A stretch of DNA of 64,000 nt from an uncultured Candidatus Binatia bacterium (GTDB lineage: Bacteria > Desulfobacterota > Binatia > HRBIN30), in NCBI GenBank assembly GCA_964498075.1, contig CAZCGA010000013.1, forward strand, positions 8,665 to 72,664, given 5' to 3'. The position numbers and the translations under genes were made by a program. This document shows, one piece after another, positions 9,498 to 19,882 of the stretch. The notes under the pieces are model-generated. The model made no database searches, was not told the origin of the DNA, and saw nothing but the letters and a program-made list of their open reading frames with translations. Within the stretch, counting starts at the first letter, position 1, and every line of letters begins with the position of its first letter.

Positions 9498-10523
9498 ATG
9501 CAGAAGGGGATGAACCGCCAGATCCTGCTGGCCGCGCGGCCGGTGGGGATGGTGAAGGAAAGTGATTTCGCGCGCCGCGAAGTGCCGATTGCGGCGCCCA
9601 CGGACGGCGAGTTTCTGGTTCGCAACATCTACCTGTCGCTCGATCCGACTATCCGCGGCTGGATGAACGAGGCGGACACGTACATGGCGGCGATCAAGAT
9701 CGGCGAAGTGATGCGCGGCGGCGGCATCGGCGTGGTGGTCGAGTCGCGCAATCCGCAGTACGCCGCCGGCGACATCGTCTTCGGGATGTTCGGATGGCAG
9801 GACTACTTCCTGGCAAGTGCGGGCGATCCGATGCGCCCGATGACGCTACCGAAGGGCATACCGTTGACCGCCGCGATCAGCGTCTTCGGCATCACCGGCA
9901 TCACCGCCTACTTCGGCTTGCTCGACATCGGCCAGCCGAAGGCAGGAGAGACGGTCGTCGTCTCGGGTGCGGCCGGCGCGACGGGATCGGTTGCGGGGCA
10001 GATCGCCAAGATCAAAGGCTGCAGGGTCGTCGGCATCGCCGGGAGCGATGCGAAGTGCACATGGGTAACGAACGACCTCGGCTTCGATGCCTGCATCAAC
10101 TACAAGACCGAGAGCGTCGCCGCGCGCCTCAGGCAAACGTGTCCGCAGAGCATCGACGTCTACTTCGACAATGTCGGCGGCGAGATCCTCGATACGGTGC
10201 TCACGATGATCAACCTGCGCGCGCGCATCGTGCTCTGCGGCGCCATCTCGATGTACAACGCCGTCGAGCTGCCGCCCGGTCCGAAGAACTACATGGCGCT
10301 GATCATCAAGCGGGCGCGCATGGAGGGCTTCATCGTCTCGGACTTCATGCCACGCTTTCCAGAGGCCGCCATGCAGATCGCCCAGTGGGTCGGCGAGGGC
10401 AAAGTCAAGTACGCCGTCGACGTCGTCGAGGGCTTAGAGAACGCGACCACGGCGATCAATCGTCTGTTCACAGGTGCCAACATGGGCAAGCTGGTCGTCA
10501 AGGTTTCGGACGAGCCGGCGTAG
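9498..10523 (+). CDS. NADP-dependent oxidoreductase (MDR superfamily, YncB/CurA/LTB4-dehydrogenase-like)
   Basis: 'VVSGAAGATGSVAGQIAKIKGCRVVGIAGS' cofactor motif; 341 aa. Confidence 0.85.
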   Translation: MQKGMNRQILLAARPVGMVKESDFARREVPIAAPTDGEFLVRNIYLSLDPTIRGWMNEADTYMAAIKIGEVMRGGGIGVVVESRNPQYAAGDIVFGMFGWQDYFLASAGDPMRPMTLPKGIPLTAAISVFGITGITAYFGLLDIGQPKAGETVVVSGAAGATGSVAGQIAKIKGCRVVGIAGSDAKCTWVTNDLGFDACINYKTESVAARLRQTCPQSIDVYFDNVGGEILDTVLTMINLRARIVLCGAISMYNAVELPPGPKNYMALIIKRARMEGFIVSDFMPRFPEAAMQIAQWVGEGKVKYAVDVVEGLENATTAINRLFTGANMGKLVVKVSDEPA

Positions 10524-10572
10524 GACTGGAGCAACAGCAACCAGGGAAGGAGAATCGTGTGAAGGTGGGAGG

Positions 10573-11892
10573 TCAGATCGTCCCGATCACCGCGCCCTTG
10601 GGGACCACCACGACGCCGTTTTCGGTGACTGTGAAGCGCTGGCGGTCGTGCTCGAGGTCGTGGCCGATGACCTCACCTTCACCGATGATGGCACCCTTGT
10701 CGATGATGGTACGGCGGATGCGGGCGTGGCGACCGATCTCGACGTCATCGAAGATGACGCTGTCCTGTACGTGGGTCCAGCTGTGCACGATCACGTTCGG
10801 GCTGAGGATGGAGTGCTCGACGCGCCCACCGCTGATGATACAGCCGTTACTGACGAGGGAATCCAGGACCTCGCCTTGACGCTGGGCGCCGCGGAACACC
10901 GTCTTGGCGGGGGGCGCCTGGGGTTGGAACGTGCGGATGGGCCAGTCCTTGTCGTACAAGTTGAACATCGGGCTCACCGAGACGAGATCCATGTTCGCGT
11001 CGAAGTAGCTGTCGAGCGTGCCGATGTCGCGCCAGTACTTCACGGCACGGTTGCTGCGGTCGCGGAAGGGAAACGCATACACGTTTTCCTGGCTGCGGAT
11101 CATGTGCGGGATGATGTTCCTGCCGAAGTCGTGGCTGCTGGAGCGCTTGGCGTCCTCCATCACCTCGCGCACCAGGGCCGAGGTGTTGAAGACGTAGATG
11201 CCCATGGAGATGAGCGCGCAGTCCGCGTTCGTCGGCATCGGCTGCGGCGCCGGCGGCTTCTCGAGAAACTCGCACACCCGCCATCCGGCGTCCACGGTGA
11301 CCACGCCAAACCGCGTCGCGTCTTGGAGTGGGGCTTCGGCGCAGGCGATGGTCAGGTCGGCACCGGTGGCGACGTGCGCCGCGATCATCTCGCTGTAGTC
11401 CATCTTGTAGACGTGATCGCCGCCGAGGATGAGGACCAGCTCGGGGCGTTCCATCTCGATCGTGTAGATGTTTTGGAAGAGTGCGTCCGCCGTGCCCTCG
11501 TACCAGCGGTTGTCGGCGCGTTGCTGCGGCGGGATGACGTCGATGTACTCACCCATGCCACTGTGGAAGATGCTCCACGCTTCCTTGATGTGGCGGTCGA
11601 GCGAGTAGGACTTGTACTGGGTGAGGACGTGAATCTTGCGGATGCCGGAGTTGATGCAGTTGGAGAGCGTGAAGTCGATGATCCGGTAGATGCCGCCGAA
11701 CGGTACGGCGGGCTTGGCGCGGTCGCGGGTGAGTGGATAGAGGCGTTCGCCCTGTCCGCCGGCCAAGACCATGGCCACCGTGCGCCTCAGCTCACGGCTG
11801 AGCTGCGCGGGTTGTGACGAGCTGAGCCAGGCGGCTTTGCTGCCCTCGTGTTCCTCAGGTGCGTTCGCTTCCGCATCCAGGCTATATGCCAT
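10573..11892 (-). CDS. glgC: Glucose-1-phosphate adenylyltransferase
   Basis: 'LAGGQGERLYPLTRDRAKPAVPFGGIYRIIDFTLSNCINSGIRKIHVLTQYKSYSLDRHI' is near-canonical GlgC. A C-terminal left-handed beta-helix follows. Confidence 0.9.
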   Translation of the reverse strand: MAYSLDAEANAPEEHEGSKAAWLSSSQPAQLSRELRRTVAMVLAGGQGERLYPLTRDRAKPAVPFGGIYRIIDFTLSNCINSGIRKIHVLTQYKSYSLDRHIKEAWSIFHSGMGEYIDVIPPQQRADNRWYEGTADALFQNIYTIEMERPELVLILGGDHVYKMDYSEMIAAHVATGADLTIACAEAPLQDATRFGVVTVDAGWRVCEFLEKPPAPQPMPTNADCALISMGIYVFNTSALVREVMEDAKRSSSHDFGRNIIPHMIRSQENVYAFPFRDRSNRAVKYWRDIGTLDSYFDANMDLVSVSPMFNLYDKDWPIRTFQPQAPPAKTVFRGAQRQGEVLDSLVSNGCIISGGRVEHSILSPNVIVHSWTHVQDSVIFDDVEIGRHARIRRTIIDKGAIIGEGEVIGHDLEHDRQRFTVTENGVVVVPKGAVIGTI

Positions 11893-12092
11893 TCACAGCT
11901 CGCCACGGGCGGACTCGGTTTCCACCGTGGCCACCGCAAACTAGGCAGAAGTCTTCGCCGCGTCAATCATGACGCGGGTCGCGACCTCGGGGTGGAACCC
12001 GGCATGACCCACGGCAGGAATTAGGTCAATCGCTTGACTGGAGCAGTTGCTCCCGGTAAGCGATCGGGCGGCAGCTTGGGTCAGAGAACACG

Positions 12093-13277
12093 ATGAACGA
12101 CGTCCCGGCGGATCTCTTCGTGGAGAACTCGATCGTCTCCGAGATGCGCGACACCTACGCGATGTTCGCCGAGATGCGGCGCGCGCAACCCGTGGCGCGT
12201 ATCGATCTGCCGGTGCGCACCGTTTACATCGTCTTGCGCTATGATGACGTGTCGGCGGTGCTGCGCGATCCCGACACGTATTCGTCCCGCATCATGAGCG
12301 CCGTCATGGGACCGGTGATGGGCCGCACCATCCTCGAGATGGGTGGCCAGGAGCACACCACCTATCGCGGGCTGGCGTCGCACGCCTTCCGCCCCAAGGA
12401 GATCGAACGCTACAGCGTGCAGCTGATCGAACCGCTGGTACACGAGATGATCGACGCGATCGTGAAGGGCGGAGGTCGGGCCGAGCTGGTCAGCCAGCTC
12501 ACGACGCACTTCCCGCTCACCATCATCGCGCGCATGCTGGGCGTGCCGATCCGCGACTACGCGCAGTTTCAGAAGTGGTCGCTCGATCTCATCGCCTACA
12601 ACCCGCGCAACCCGGAAACCGGCTTGGCCGCATCGCGGGCGCTGAAGGAGTACCTGGCACCGGTCGTCGCGCAGCGGAAGGTCGAGCCGCAGGCAGACCT
12701 GATCAGCGAGCTGCTGGCGGCGCACGTCGACGGCCGGCGCCTGAGTGACGATGAGATCTTCGGCTTTCTGCTGTTGCTGCTGCCGGCGGGTGCGGAGACG
12801 ACGTTCCGACTGCTCGGCAACGTGCTGTTCGCGTTGCTGTCGCATCCCGATCAGCTCGACGAGGTGCGCGCCGATCTGGACGGGCAGCTGCCATGGGCGC
12901 TGGAGGAAACCCTGCGCTGGGAACCACCGTTGATCGGTACGGCGCGCGAGACCACGCGCGCCGTGACGCTGCGCGGCGTGGAGATTCCCGCCGACGCGCT
13001 GGTCTCCGCCATGATCGGTCCGGCGAATCACGACGAGGAGCACTATCCAGAGCCCGATCGTTTCGACCTGCATCGTCACGCCGACGATCACCTGTCCTTC
13101 GGGCTCGGCAAGCACTTCTGCCTCGGCTACCACCTGGCACGGATCGAGGTGCTCACCGCCGTGCGCGCCACGCTGCAGCGCCTGCGCAACCTGCGTCTCG
13201 ACCAGTCGCGGGAGTCGTACATCCGTGGCATCAGCTTCCGGTCGCCGAACTGCCTCCCGGTGCTGTTCGATTCATGA
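12093..13277 (+). CDS. Cytochrome P450
   Basis: Haem-thiolate loop 'FGLGKHFCLGYHLAR', ExxR 'ETLRWEPP', and I-helix 'LLLLPAGAETT'. Confidence 0.9.
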   Translation: MNDVPADLFVENSIVSEMRDTYAMFAEMRRAQPVARIDLPVRTVYIVLRYDDVSAVLRDPDTYSSRIMSAVMGPVMGRTILEMGGQEHTTYRGLASHAFRPKEIERYSVQLIEPLVHEMIDAIVKGGGRAELVSQLTTHFPLTIIARMLGVPIRDYAQFQKWSLDLIAYNPRNPETGLAASRALKEYLAPVVAQRKVEPQADLISELLAAHVDGRRLSDDEIFGFLLLLLPAGAETTFRLLGNVLFALLSHPDQLDEVRADLDGQLPWALEETLRWEPPLIGTARETTRAVTLRGVEIPADALVSAMIGPANHDEEHYPEPDRFDLHRHADDHLSFGLGKHFCLGYHLARIEVLTAVRATLQRLRNLRLDQSRESYIRGISFRSPNCLPVLFDS

Positions 13278-13313
13278 AGCGGTGCGCCACCAAATGACGG
13301 TCGCCGCCGATTT

Positions 13314-14228
13314 GTGATATGCAACGGCGGCATGACGGTCATCGAGCTCGGCAACTCCCTTCTCCGGTTGCGGTTCATCCCTGAGGTCGGCGGCAGCGTC
13401 ACGGATCTCTCGGTGCGCCGCGGCGGCGACTGGGTCGCGCTGATGCGCCGCGGACCCGAGCCGCTGCCGCGCTCGTCGGACGGCGCCAGCTTCACGCTCG
13501 CCCCCTACTCGAACCGCCTGCGCAACGGTGCGTTCGCGTTCGAAGGCAAGGCCTACCAGCTGCGCCACGCCGAGAAGCACGCCAGCCACGGCGACGTCCG
13601 CGACCGGCCGTGGCAGCTCGCGAAGCAGACGGCGAGGGACGCGCTCCTGACCTTCGACTCGCGGGCGTTTCCGGACGTGAACTTCCCGTTTCCGTTCGGC
13701 GCGCAGGTCCACTATGTGCTGGAGGACAACCGGCTGCACACACAGCTCACCATCACCAACACCGGCAGCACGCGCATGCCTGCAGGCGGCGGCTTCCACC
13801 CGTACTTCAACCGCGCGCTCGGCGGTCAAGACGAGAACGTCGAGCTGGAGGTTGCGGTGGGCGGCGTCTACCCGACGGGCGACCTGCCGCTGCCCAGCGG
13901 TCCGATGATCGCGGTACCGCCCGAGCAGGACTTCAGTCGGCTGCGACCCCTCGACGTCACCCTCGATCACTGCTTCGGCGGGTGGAACGGCCGCGCGGTC
14001 ATGCACTGGCCGAAGAGCCGTACCCGTCTGCTCATGGAGGCCACTGCGTCGATGCGGCACGTCATCATCTACTCGCCCCACGGCCAGCCCTTCTTTGCCC
14101 TCGAGCCCGTGATCAACGTCAACGACGGCTTCAACCTCATGGCGCGGGGCCAGCGCGACACCGGAGTGGTCGTTCTCGAGCCGGGTGACAAGGTCGCCGC
14201 CGCGTTCACGCTCACGTTCGAAGCATGA
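13314..14228 (+). CDS. Aldose 1-epimerase (galactose mutarotase-like) family protein
   Basis: 'APYSNRL', 'HGDVRDRPW' and 'GGGFHPYFN' are mutarotase-fold motifs. The true start may be the ATG at 13332. Confidence 0.7.
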   Translation: MICNGGMTVIELGNSLLRLRFIPEVGGSVTDLSVRRGGDWVALMRRGPEPLPRSSDGASFTLAPYSNRLRNGAFAFEGKAYQLRHAEKHASHGDVRDRPWQLAKQTARDALLTFDSRAFPDVNFPFPFGAQVHYVLEDNRLHTQLTITNTGSTRMPAGGGFHPYFNRALGGQDENVELEVAVGGVYPTGDLPLPSGPMIAVPPEQDFSRLRPLDVTLDHCFGGWNGRAVMHWPKSRTRLLMEATASMRHVIIYSPHGQPFFALEPVINVNDGFNLMARGQRDTGVVVLEPGDKVAAAFTLTFEA

Positions 14229-14962
14229 TCCTTCAGGAACACGCGACGGACATCCAGACCCCGACCGGCCCGATGCGGACGTACGTCTTGCGGCCGGTTG
14301 CGTCCGGCACGTATCCGGGCGTCGTCTTCTACTCCGAGATCTTTCAGGTGACCGCACCCGTTCGTCGCGCCGCGGCGATGCTCGCCGGCAACGGTTTCGT
14401 GGTCGCGGTGCCGGAGGTCTACCACGAGTTGGAGCCGCGGGGCACGGTGCTCGCGTACGACAACGCCGGCAAGGATCGCGGCAACGCCGACAAGTTTGCC
14501 AAGTCGGTATCGGCGTACGACAGCGACGCGCGCGCGACTCTCGACCACCTGCAGTCGCAGCCGTACTGCACGGGCAAGCTCGGCGTGATGGGTATCTGCC
14601 TCGGCGGTCATCTCGCCTTTCGCGCTTGCATGAACCCCGACGTGCTCGCGGGTGCCTGCTTCTATGCCACCGACATCCACACGCGCACCCTCGGGAAGGG
14701 CCAGCGTGACAACACCTTGGATCGTCTCGGCGAGATCCGCTGCGAGCTGCTGATGGTCTGGGGCCGCCAGGATCCGCACATCCCACGCGAGGGGCGGGCG
14801 CTGATCTACAATGCCATGACGGATGCGGGTTTGAGCTTCACCTGGCACGAGTTCAACGCCGCACACGCCTTCATGCGCGACGAGGGCGAGCGCTACGACC
14901 CGGCCTTGGCACACGTCTGCTACGCGCTGGTCTTCGAGCTGTTCAAGCGTCGGCTTGGGTGA
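14225..14962 (+). CDS. Dienelactone hydrolase family protein
   Basis: Start overlaps the upstream stop. It has the Cys nucleophile elbow 'GVMGICLGGHLA', 'PGVVFYSEIFQVT' and the C-terminal 'AHAF'. Confidence 0.8.
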   Translation: MILQEHATDIQTPTGPMRTYVLRPVASGTYPGVVFYSEIFQVTAPVRRAAAMLAGNGFVVAVPEVYHELEPRGTVLAYDNAGKDRGNADKFAKSVSAYDSDARATLDHLQSQPYCTGKLGVMGICLGGHLAFRACMNPDVLAGACFYATDIHTRTLGKGQRDNTLDRLGEIRCELLMVWGRQDPHIPREGRALIYNAMTDAGLSFTWHEFNAAHAFMRDEGERYDPALAHVCYALVFELFKRRLG

Positions 14963-14971
14963 GACGGCCGG

Positions 14972-15355
14972 TCAGAGCGACGGCAGCACCGCCGCCGGGT
15001 TCCAGTATTCTCGCCAGCTGTAGATCAAGCCGTCACGGATTTCGGCGACGCTCATGCCGTGCCAGTGGATCTGCTGGCCGCCGTCGCGGCGCTCGATGGC
15101 GATCTCCCACTCGGCCAGCACCATCGCGCCGTGCACCGCAATGTGGTCGAAGTCGAACCGCACCGGCCGCGAGAACGCAAACGACTGGCGCACGAGGTCG
15201 GCGAACGCCGGGCGCCCGCGCAACGGTTCGGCGTGCACCGGTGACTGAAAGCTCATGTCCTCGGCCCAGAGATCCAGGTACGCATCGAGGTCCTCGCGCA
15301 GCCAGGCTTGGCGGCGCCGCTCGAAGAGCGCGACCGCGTCATCTCGCGTCAGCAC
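14972..15355 (-). CDS. NTF2/SnoaL-like small protein
   Basis: 127 aa; 'DLDAYLDLWAEDMSFQSP...' SnoaL-like pattern. Confidence 0.55.
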   Translation of the reverse strand: MLTRDDAVALFERRRQAWLREDLDAYLDLWAEDMSFQSPVHAEPLRGRPAFADLVRQSFAFSRPVRFDFDHIAVHGAMVLAEWEIAIERRDGGQQIHWHGMSVAEIRDGLIYSWREYWNPAAVLPSL

Positions 15356-15370
15356 GGCACACTCCTGAGC

Positions 15371-16306
15371 TCACCGGAAGGCGGGGATCACTTCGCGGCC
15401 GAATAGCTCGGTGGCTTCGAGGCGATCGACGCGGCCGAACATGGCGATGAAGTGCGTGACGCCGACCGCCACGAACTCCTTGATGCGCGCGATCACCTGC
15501 TCCGGCGTGCCGGCGATCATACGCTGATCGAGCTGCTCGGCGGCGGCGCCGAAGCGTTCCGCCCGCTTCGCCAGGCGGTACTGCAGCCGCTCTTCCGTGG
15601 CCTCGATGAGCAGGTTGCCGAACCAGCTCTTTTCGATTGCCGCCGCATCGCGCCCGACGGCGCGGCAATGTGCCTCCAACACGGGGATCTTGTCCGCGAA
15701 ATCACTCAGGCTGCCGCCGAAGTTCCAGCGGTCAGCGTGCTCGGCGACGATGCGGAGCAGGACCTTCTCGCCGCCGCCGCCGACCATGATGGGCGGGTGC
15801 GGCTTCTGTACCGGCTTCGGATTGCACCACGCGTCCTGCACGCGGTAGTGCTTGCCCACGAACCTGGCCTTCTCCTCTGTCCACATCAGCTTGCAGATGC
15901 GCAGCGCCTCGTCGAGCTGGCGGAGCCGAGTGCCGATGGTTGGGAAGTCATAGCCGTAGGCGGTGAACTCTTGCTCGTACCAGCCGGCGCCGAGGCCGAA
16001 CTCCAAACGGCCGTTGCTGATGTGATCGACGCTGGCGGCCATCTTCGCCACCAACGCCGGATGCCGGTAGCCGTTGCAGGCAACGAGGGTTCCGAAGCGT
16101 AAGCTCGAGGTCTCGCGCGCCAGCGCCGCCATCAACGTCCAGCACTCGAGCGAATCATCCCAGGCGGGGGTGACCACGCCGTAGAAGTGATCGTCGAGCC
16201 ACACCGAGTCGTAGCCGAGTCTCTCCGCCGCTTGCCAGTGGCGCGCCAGGACTTCGAACGGTGCCCCTTCGAGCGGCGTCTGGATGCTGAAGCGGATGCG
16301 CGTCAT
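15371..16306 (-). CDS. LLM-class (luciferase-like) flavin/F420-dependent oxidoreductase
   Basis: 'GYDSVWLDDHF' and 'GRLEFGLGAGWYEQEF' are typical LLM motifs; 311 aa. Confidence 0.85.
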   Translation of the reverse strand: MTRIRFSIQTPLEGAPFEVLARHWQAAERLGYDSVWLDDHFYGVVTPAWDDSLECWTLMAALARETSSLRFGTLVACNGYRHPALVAKMAASVDHISNGRLEFGLGAGWYEQEFTAYGYDFPTIGTRLRQLDEALRICKLMWTEEKARFVGKHYRVQDAWCNPKPVQKPHPPIMVGGGGEKVLLRIVAEHADRWNFGGSLSDFADKIPVLEAHCRAVGRDAAAIEKSWFGNLLIEATEERLQYRLAKRAERFGAAAEQLDQRMIAGTPEQVIARIKEFVAVGVTHFIAMFGRVDRLEATELFGREVIPAFR

Positions 16307-16480
16307 CGCCGTACGTCTCCCGTGCTGGTTGCGCGTGGACCATTACTCGACTCTGCAGCGCCGGTCCAGCCCCGTCTTGCTACCGCGACAACCATCTGGT
16401 ATCCGGCGTCTTCCTACAGCGGCCCCAATGGAGTATCCATGGAGCCTCACGGCACCCTACAGCTGCAACGGAGGACAATC

Positions 16481-17263
16481 ATGCGTGCATGGTGCGACGG
16501 AATCCGCAAGTATGTCTCGATTGTGGCCTTCGCGGGTTTGGCGGCGCCGGCATACGCGGGGGGTGACGGCGTCATTGAAATCAATCAAGCCAGCGCACTG
16601 GCCGGCGGGGTGACACCAGGCGACACCCCAGGCTTCCCGATCACTATTGACGCGACCTTTACGGTCTCCAATCCCGCTCCGCCAACAAGCTTTCGCCTCA
16701 CGGGCAACCTCTCGGTCAGCCAATTCTTGAACGGCAACGCCATCGACGTGGTGGCTCCGAATGTGACGATCGATCTCAATGGATTCACGATCAGCTGCTT
16801 CATTGGGTCATGCTCTGCCAACGGAATTGGATCCCTGCAGGATAACGTCGCCGTTGTGAACGGCGTCGTACGCGGCATGAATAACGGCGTATCGCTTACC
16901 GGCAAAGGGGTACGCGTCGAGCGGGTCCGCGCATTCGACAACCAGGTCGACGGCATCCTGGTGGGGAACGACTGCCTGATCGCAGGCAACATTGCGAACG
17001 GCAATACTTCCGATGGCATCCGCACCGCAATCGGGTGCACAATCAGTGGAAACACGGCAAACGATAACGGCAACGACGGCATTTGTACGCTCGGAGGGTG
17101 CAACGTTACTGGGAACACAGTGAGTGGCAACACGGTCAAAGGACTGTTCCTCAGCGGCACCACCGGCTACAGCAACAACGTCATCAACGGCAACGGCATC
17201 ACGGTACAGAGCGGGGTCCCGACCGGCCTGAATCTGTGTAACGGAAGCACGACCTGCCCCTAG
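16481..17263 (+). CDS. Secreted right-handed parallel beta-helix repeat protein
   Basis: I chose the ATG at 16481 (RBS 'ggagga') because it gives the signal peptide '[17 protein letters not shown]' and avoids overlap with the LLM gene. Repeated turns '[14 protein letters not shown]', '[14 protein letters not shown]' and '[14 protein letters not shown]' are present. Confidence 0.6.
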   Translation: MRAWCDGIRKYVSIVAFAGLAAPAYAGGDGVIEINQASALAGGVTPGDTPGFPITIDATFTVSNPAPPTSFRLTGNLSVSQFLNGNAIDVVAPNVTIDLNGFTISCFIGSCSANGIGSLQDNVAVVNGVVRGMNNGVSLTGKGVRVERVRAFDNQVDGILVGNDCLIAGNIANGNTSDGIRTAIGCTISGNTANDNGNDGICTLGGCNVTGNTVSGNTVKGLFLSGTTGYSNNVINGNGITVQSGVPTGLNLCNGSTTCP

Positions 17264-17295
17264 CAAGGGCTGTCTCGAGGCTGGCCACGGCGCGG

Positions 17296-18834
17296 ATGCT
17301 CAGCACGGGGGAACAGGTGAGCGGCCCATTTCAGACTGCACGGCGGATTGCGACGCTGGCGGCGCTCTGCACCATGCCGCTCGCGACGCACGCCGCGACG
17401 CCGTTGGGTGAGCTGCGCTACGCCCCAGACATCACCGTCGTGCTCGGGGCGAATGGGGTGACGGTCCGTGGCGGGAGCCTGGCGACGGAAATCAGTGGCA
17501 CCGTCAGCCCCCTCACCCTCTCTCCATTCCCTCTCGGCGGCTATATCAATGCCTACACGGAGGACGCGGGGGACCCGCTGTTGGTCTTCGATACCACCGT
17601 CGATCTGTCCGCGTTCGCAGCGACGACGCTGATCGTCGAACCTCGGGACGTCGTGCGCTTGCACGGTACAACCTACACCCTGGAGTTCCGCGGCGCCGAT
17701 AACGGCGTGCCGGCCGGCGCGAAGATCGACGCCATCACGCGCATTGCGGACGACTACCTGGCCTTCTCATTCGAGACCACCGTCACCCTGGCTGGCGCGA
17801 CGTTTGCCGATGAGGACCTCGTCGGCTTCGACGGCAGCACGCGGAGCGTTGAATTCAGAGGCGCCGATGCCGGCATTGCAGCGGGGCTCGATCTCGATGC
17901 GGCCTTCTGGTTACCCAACGGCCACTTGCTGCTGTCATTCGACGGGAGCGGCAGCGTGGGCGGCGTCTCTTTCGATGATGAAGACGTGCTCGAGTATGAC
18001 AGAGTCGCAAACACTTGGGAGCTGGCCTACCGCGGCTCCGCCGCGCCGCACAACTGGCCCGCTGGCGCCGATCTCATGGCGGTATACGCCCTCCTTGCGG
18101 CGACGCCGACGCCGACGCTCACCCTCACACAGACGCCGACGCTGACCCCGACCGAGACACCCACGGATACCTTCACCGCCACGCCGACGTCGACCGAAAC
18201 GTTTTCTTCGCCGCCGACTCCAACCCTCACGCTGACCTTCACACCGGCCTCAACCGAAACCTTCACCCCGACTTCGACCCTGACGCAGACGCCCTCCCTC
18301 ACTGCAACCCCGACGCCAACCGAAACCCAGACCTCCACCTCCACACCAACGTCGACCGCAACGTTGACTCCGACAGTCGTCCCAACCGAGACGCCGACCG
18401 AGACCCCCACCCAGACGTCAACTGAGACACTGACGTTCACTCCGACGCCGTCGCCAACTGACACACCGACCGCCACGCCGACAAGCACCCCTACGCTGGA
18501 GGCTACCGCTGCACCGAGCCCCACGCTCACGGCAACGGGAACGCTGCCGTCCACAGAGACCCCGACCGCCACCCCGACGTTGAGCGTAACGGGCGTGCAG
18601 ACTCCGACGACGACCCCGACCGCAACAGCATCGCCGCTGCCGACCGAGGGATGCGTCGGCGATTGCGGGGGGAACATGACGGTTTCCACGGAGGACCTGA
18701 TCGCCATGGTGGACATCGCCCTTGGTCATGCACCGATAGCCGACTGTGCCAACGGTGATCGCAATGGCGACGCCACAATCACCGTGGATGAGATTGTGGC
18801 GGCGACGAACAACGCCTCCGGAGAATGCCCGTGA
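17296..18834 (+). CDS. Secreted protein: triple ~60-aa repeat domain, ~180-aa Thr/Pro-rich linker, dockerin/EF-hand-like C-terminus
   Basis: Signal-like '[17 protein letters not shown]'. It has three '...F.DED.V..D......E.RG...G.PAG...DA' repeats and a TP-rich tract at nt 18100-18645. The C-terminus contains '[14 protein letters not shown]' (Dx[ND]xDG-type Ca loop) flanked by Cys. Confidence 0.6.
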   Translation: MLSTGEQVSGPFQTARRIATLAALCTMPLATHAATPLGELRYAPDITVVLGANGVTVRGGSLATEISGTVSPLTLSPFPLGGYINAYTEDAGDPLLVFDTTVDLSAFAATTLIVEPRDVVRLHGTTYTLEFRGADNGVPAGAKIDAITRIADDYLAFSFETTVTLAGATFADEDLVGFDGSTRSVEFRGADAGIAAGLDLDAAFWLPNGHLLLSFDGSGSVGGVSFDDEDVLEYDRVANTWELAYRGSAAPHNWPAGADLMAVYALLAATPTPTLTLTQTPTLTPTETPTDTFTATPTSTETFSSPPTPTLTLTFTPASTETFTPTSTLTQTPSLTATPTPTETQTSTSTPTSTATLTPTVVPTETPTETPTQTSTETLTFTPTPSPTDTPTATPTSTPTLEATAAPSPTLTATGTLPSTETPTATPTLSVTGVQTPTTTPTATASPLPTEGCVGDCGGNMTVSTEDLIAMVDIALGHAPIADCANGDRNGDATITVDEIVAATNNASGECP

Positions 18835-18873
18835 GCTGAGAGTTTCCCGCCGCGTACGAGTAAATGGGTACGG

Positions 18874-19878
18874 ATGGAGCTTGCTGAGCAACTCGGAAAC
18901 TACCTCCGCGCGCAGATGCCGGAGGCTGGTGATCTGCGGGTGACCGGGCTGGTGCGCAAGTCCGGCGGCGCCTCGCGTGAGACCTGGCTGTTCACTGCGA
19001 GCTGGCGGCAGAATGGCGCGGGCGGCGGGGGTGAGTTCGTGCTGCGCCGCGATCCGACCGGCAGCGTTCTCGAATCCGACCGCGCCCGCGAGTTCCAGGT
19101 CCTCAAGGCGTTGCACGGCAGCGGCATCCCGGTGCCGCGCATGCACTGGCTGGAGCTGGGCACGCAGTGGCTCGAGCGGCCCTTCTTCATCATGGAACGC
19201 GTCGACGGGCAGGCGCCGGTGGGCACCTTTCCAGCCGGCTATCCGCCCGCCGTGCAAGCACGCGTCGCCGAGCAGTTCATCGACATCCTGGCGCGCATCC
19301 ATCGGCTCGATTGGCAGGCACACGGTCTCGCTTCGCTGGGTGTGCCCGCACCCGGCATCGATGCAGCACGCACCCAGCTGGGGACTTGGCGCCGCATCTA
19401 CCAGCAAGAGTGCTTGGAGCCACACCCCATCTTGGAGGACGCGTTCCTATGGCTCTCCGCGCACCTGCCGTCGACCGAGCGCGTTGCGCTGGTGCACGGT
19501 GACTACCGCTCGGGCAACTATCTGTTCACCGACGACGGCACGGTCACCGCGATGCTCGATTGGGAGATGGTACACCTCGGTGATCCGATGGAGGACCTGG
19601 GCTGGGCGTGCATGCCGTTCTGGAGCGGGCGCGGCCTCGTCGTCGGCCTGACGACGCGCGCAGACTTCCTGGCGCGCTACGAGCGCACCAGTGGGATCCC
19701 GGTCGACGAGCAGCACGTGTTCTTCTATGAGATCCTCGGCACGGTGAAGATGGCGGTGATTGCGTTGACCGGCGTCCGGACGTTTGTGGACGGCAGGACC
19801 TCTGAGGCTTCGATGCCGCTCATCGGCTTCCTGGTCCCACGGCTGCTGCGCGATCTGACGACGCAGCTCGAACTGTGA
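18874..19878 (+). CDS. Phosphotransferase (APH/choline-kinase-like) family protein
   Basis: Catalytic loop 'VHGDYRSGNYLF' and 'LDWEMVHLGDPMEDLG'. Confidence 0.8.
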   Translation: MELAEQLGNYLRAQMPEAGDLRVTGLVRKSGGASRETWLFTASWRQNGAGGGGEFVLRRDPTGSVLESDRAREFQVLKALHGSGIPVPRMHWLELGTQWLERPFFIMERVDGQAPVGTFPAGYPPAVQARVAEQFIDILARIHRLDWQAHGLASLGVPAPGIDAARTQLGTWRRIYQQECLEPHPILEDAFLWLSAHLPSTERVALVHGDYRSGNYLFTDDGTVTAMLDWEMVHLGDPMEDLGWACMPFWSGRGLVVGLTTRADFLARYERTSGIPVDEQHVFFYEILGTVKMAVIALTGVRTFVDGRTSEASMPLIGFLVPRLLRDLTTQLEL

Positions 19879-19882
19879 GGCG

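Noticed and set aside
10474-11817. 447-aa plus-strand ORF.
   Set aside because: It lies antisense to the near-canonical glgC.
13272-14786. 504-aa minus-strand ORF.
   Set aside because: It lies antisense to the aldose-epimerase-like and dienelactone hydrolase genes, and its composition is extreme in Arg and Pro.
16187-16480. The upstream extension of the beta-helix ORF (the listed start is 16187).
   Set aside because: It overlaps the LLM oxidoreductase gene on the opposite strand and has no protein-like features. The ATG at 16481 has an RBS and yields a signal peptide.
18100-18645. The highly repetitive acg/ccg/acc DNA as a non-coding tandem repeat.
   Set aside because: It keeps one open frame encoding a Thr/Pro linker between two folded domains of the same secreted protein. 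It is a low-complexity coding region and has no fixed-period DNA repeat.
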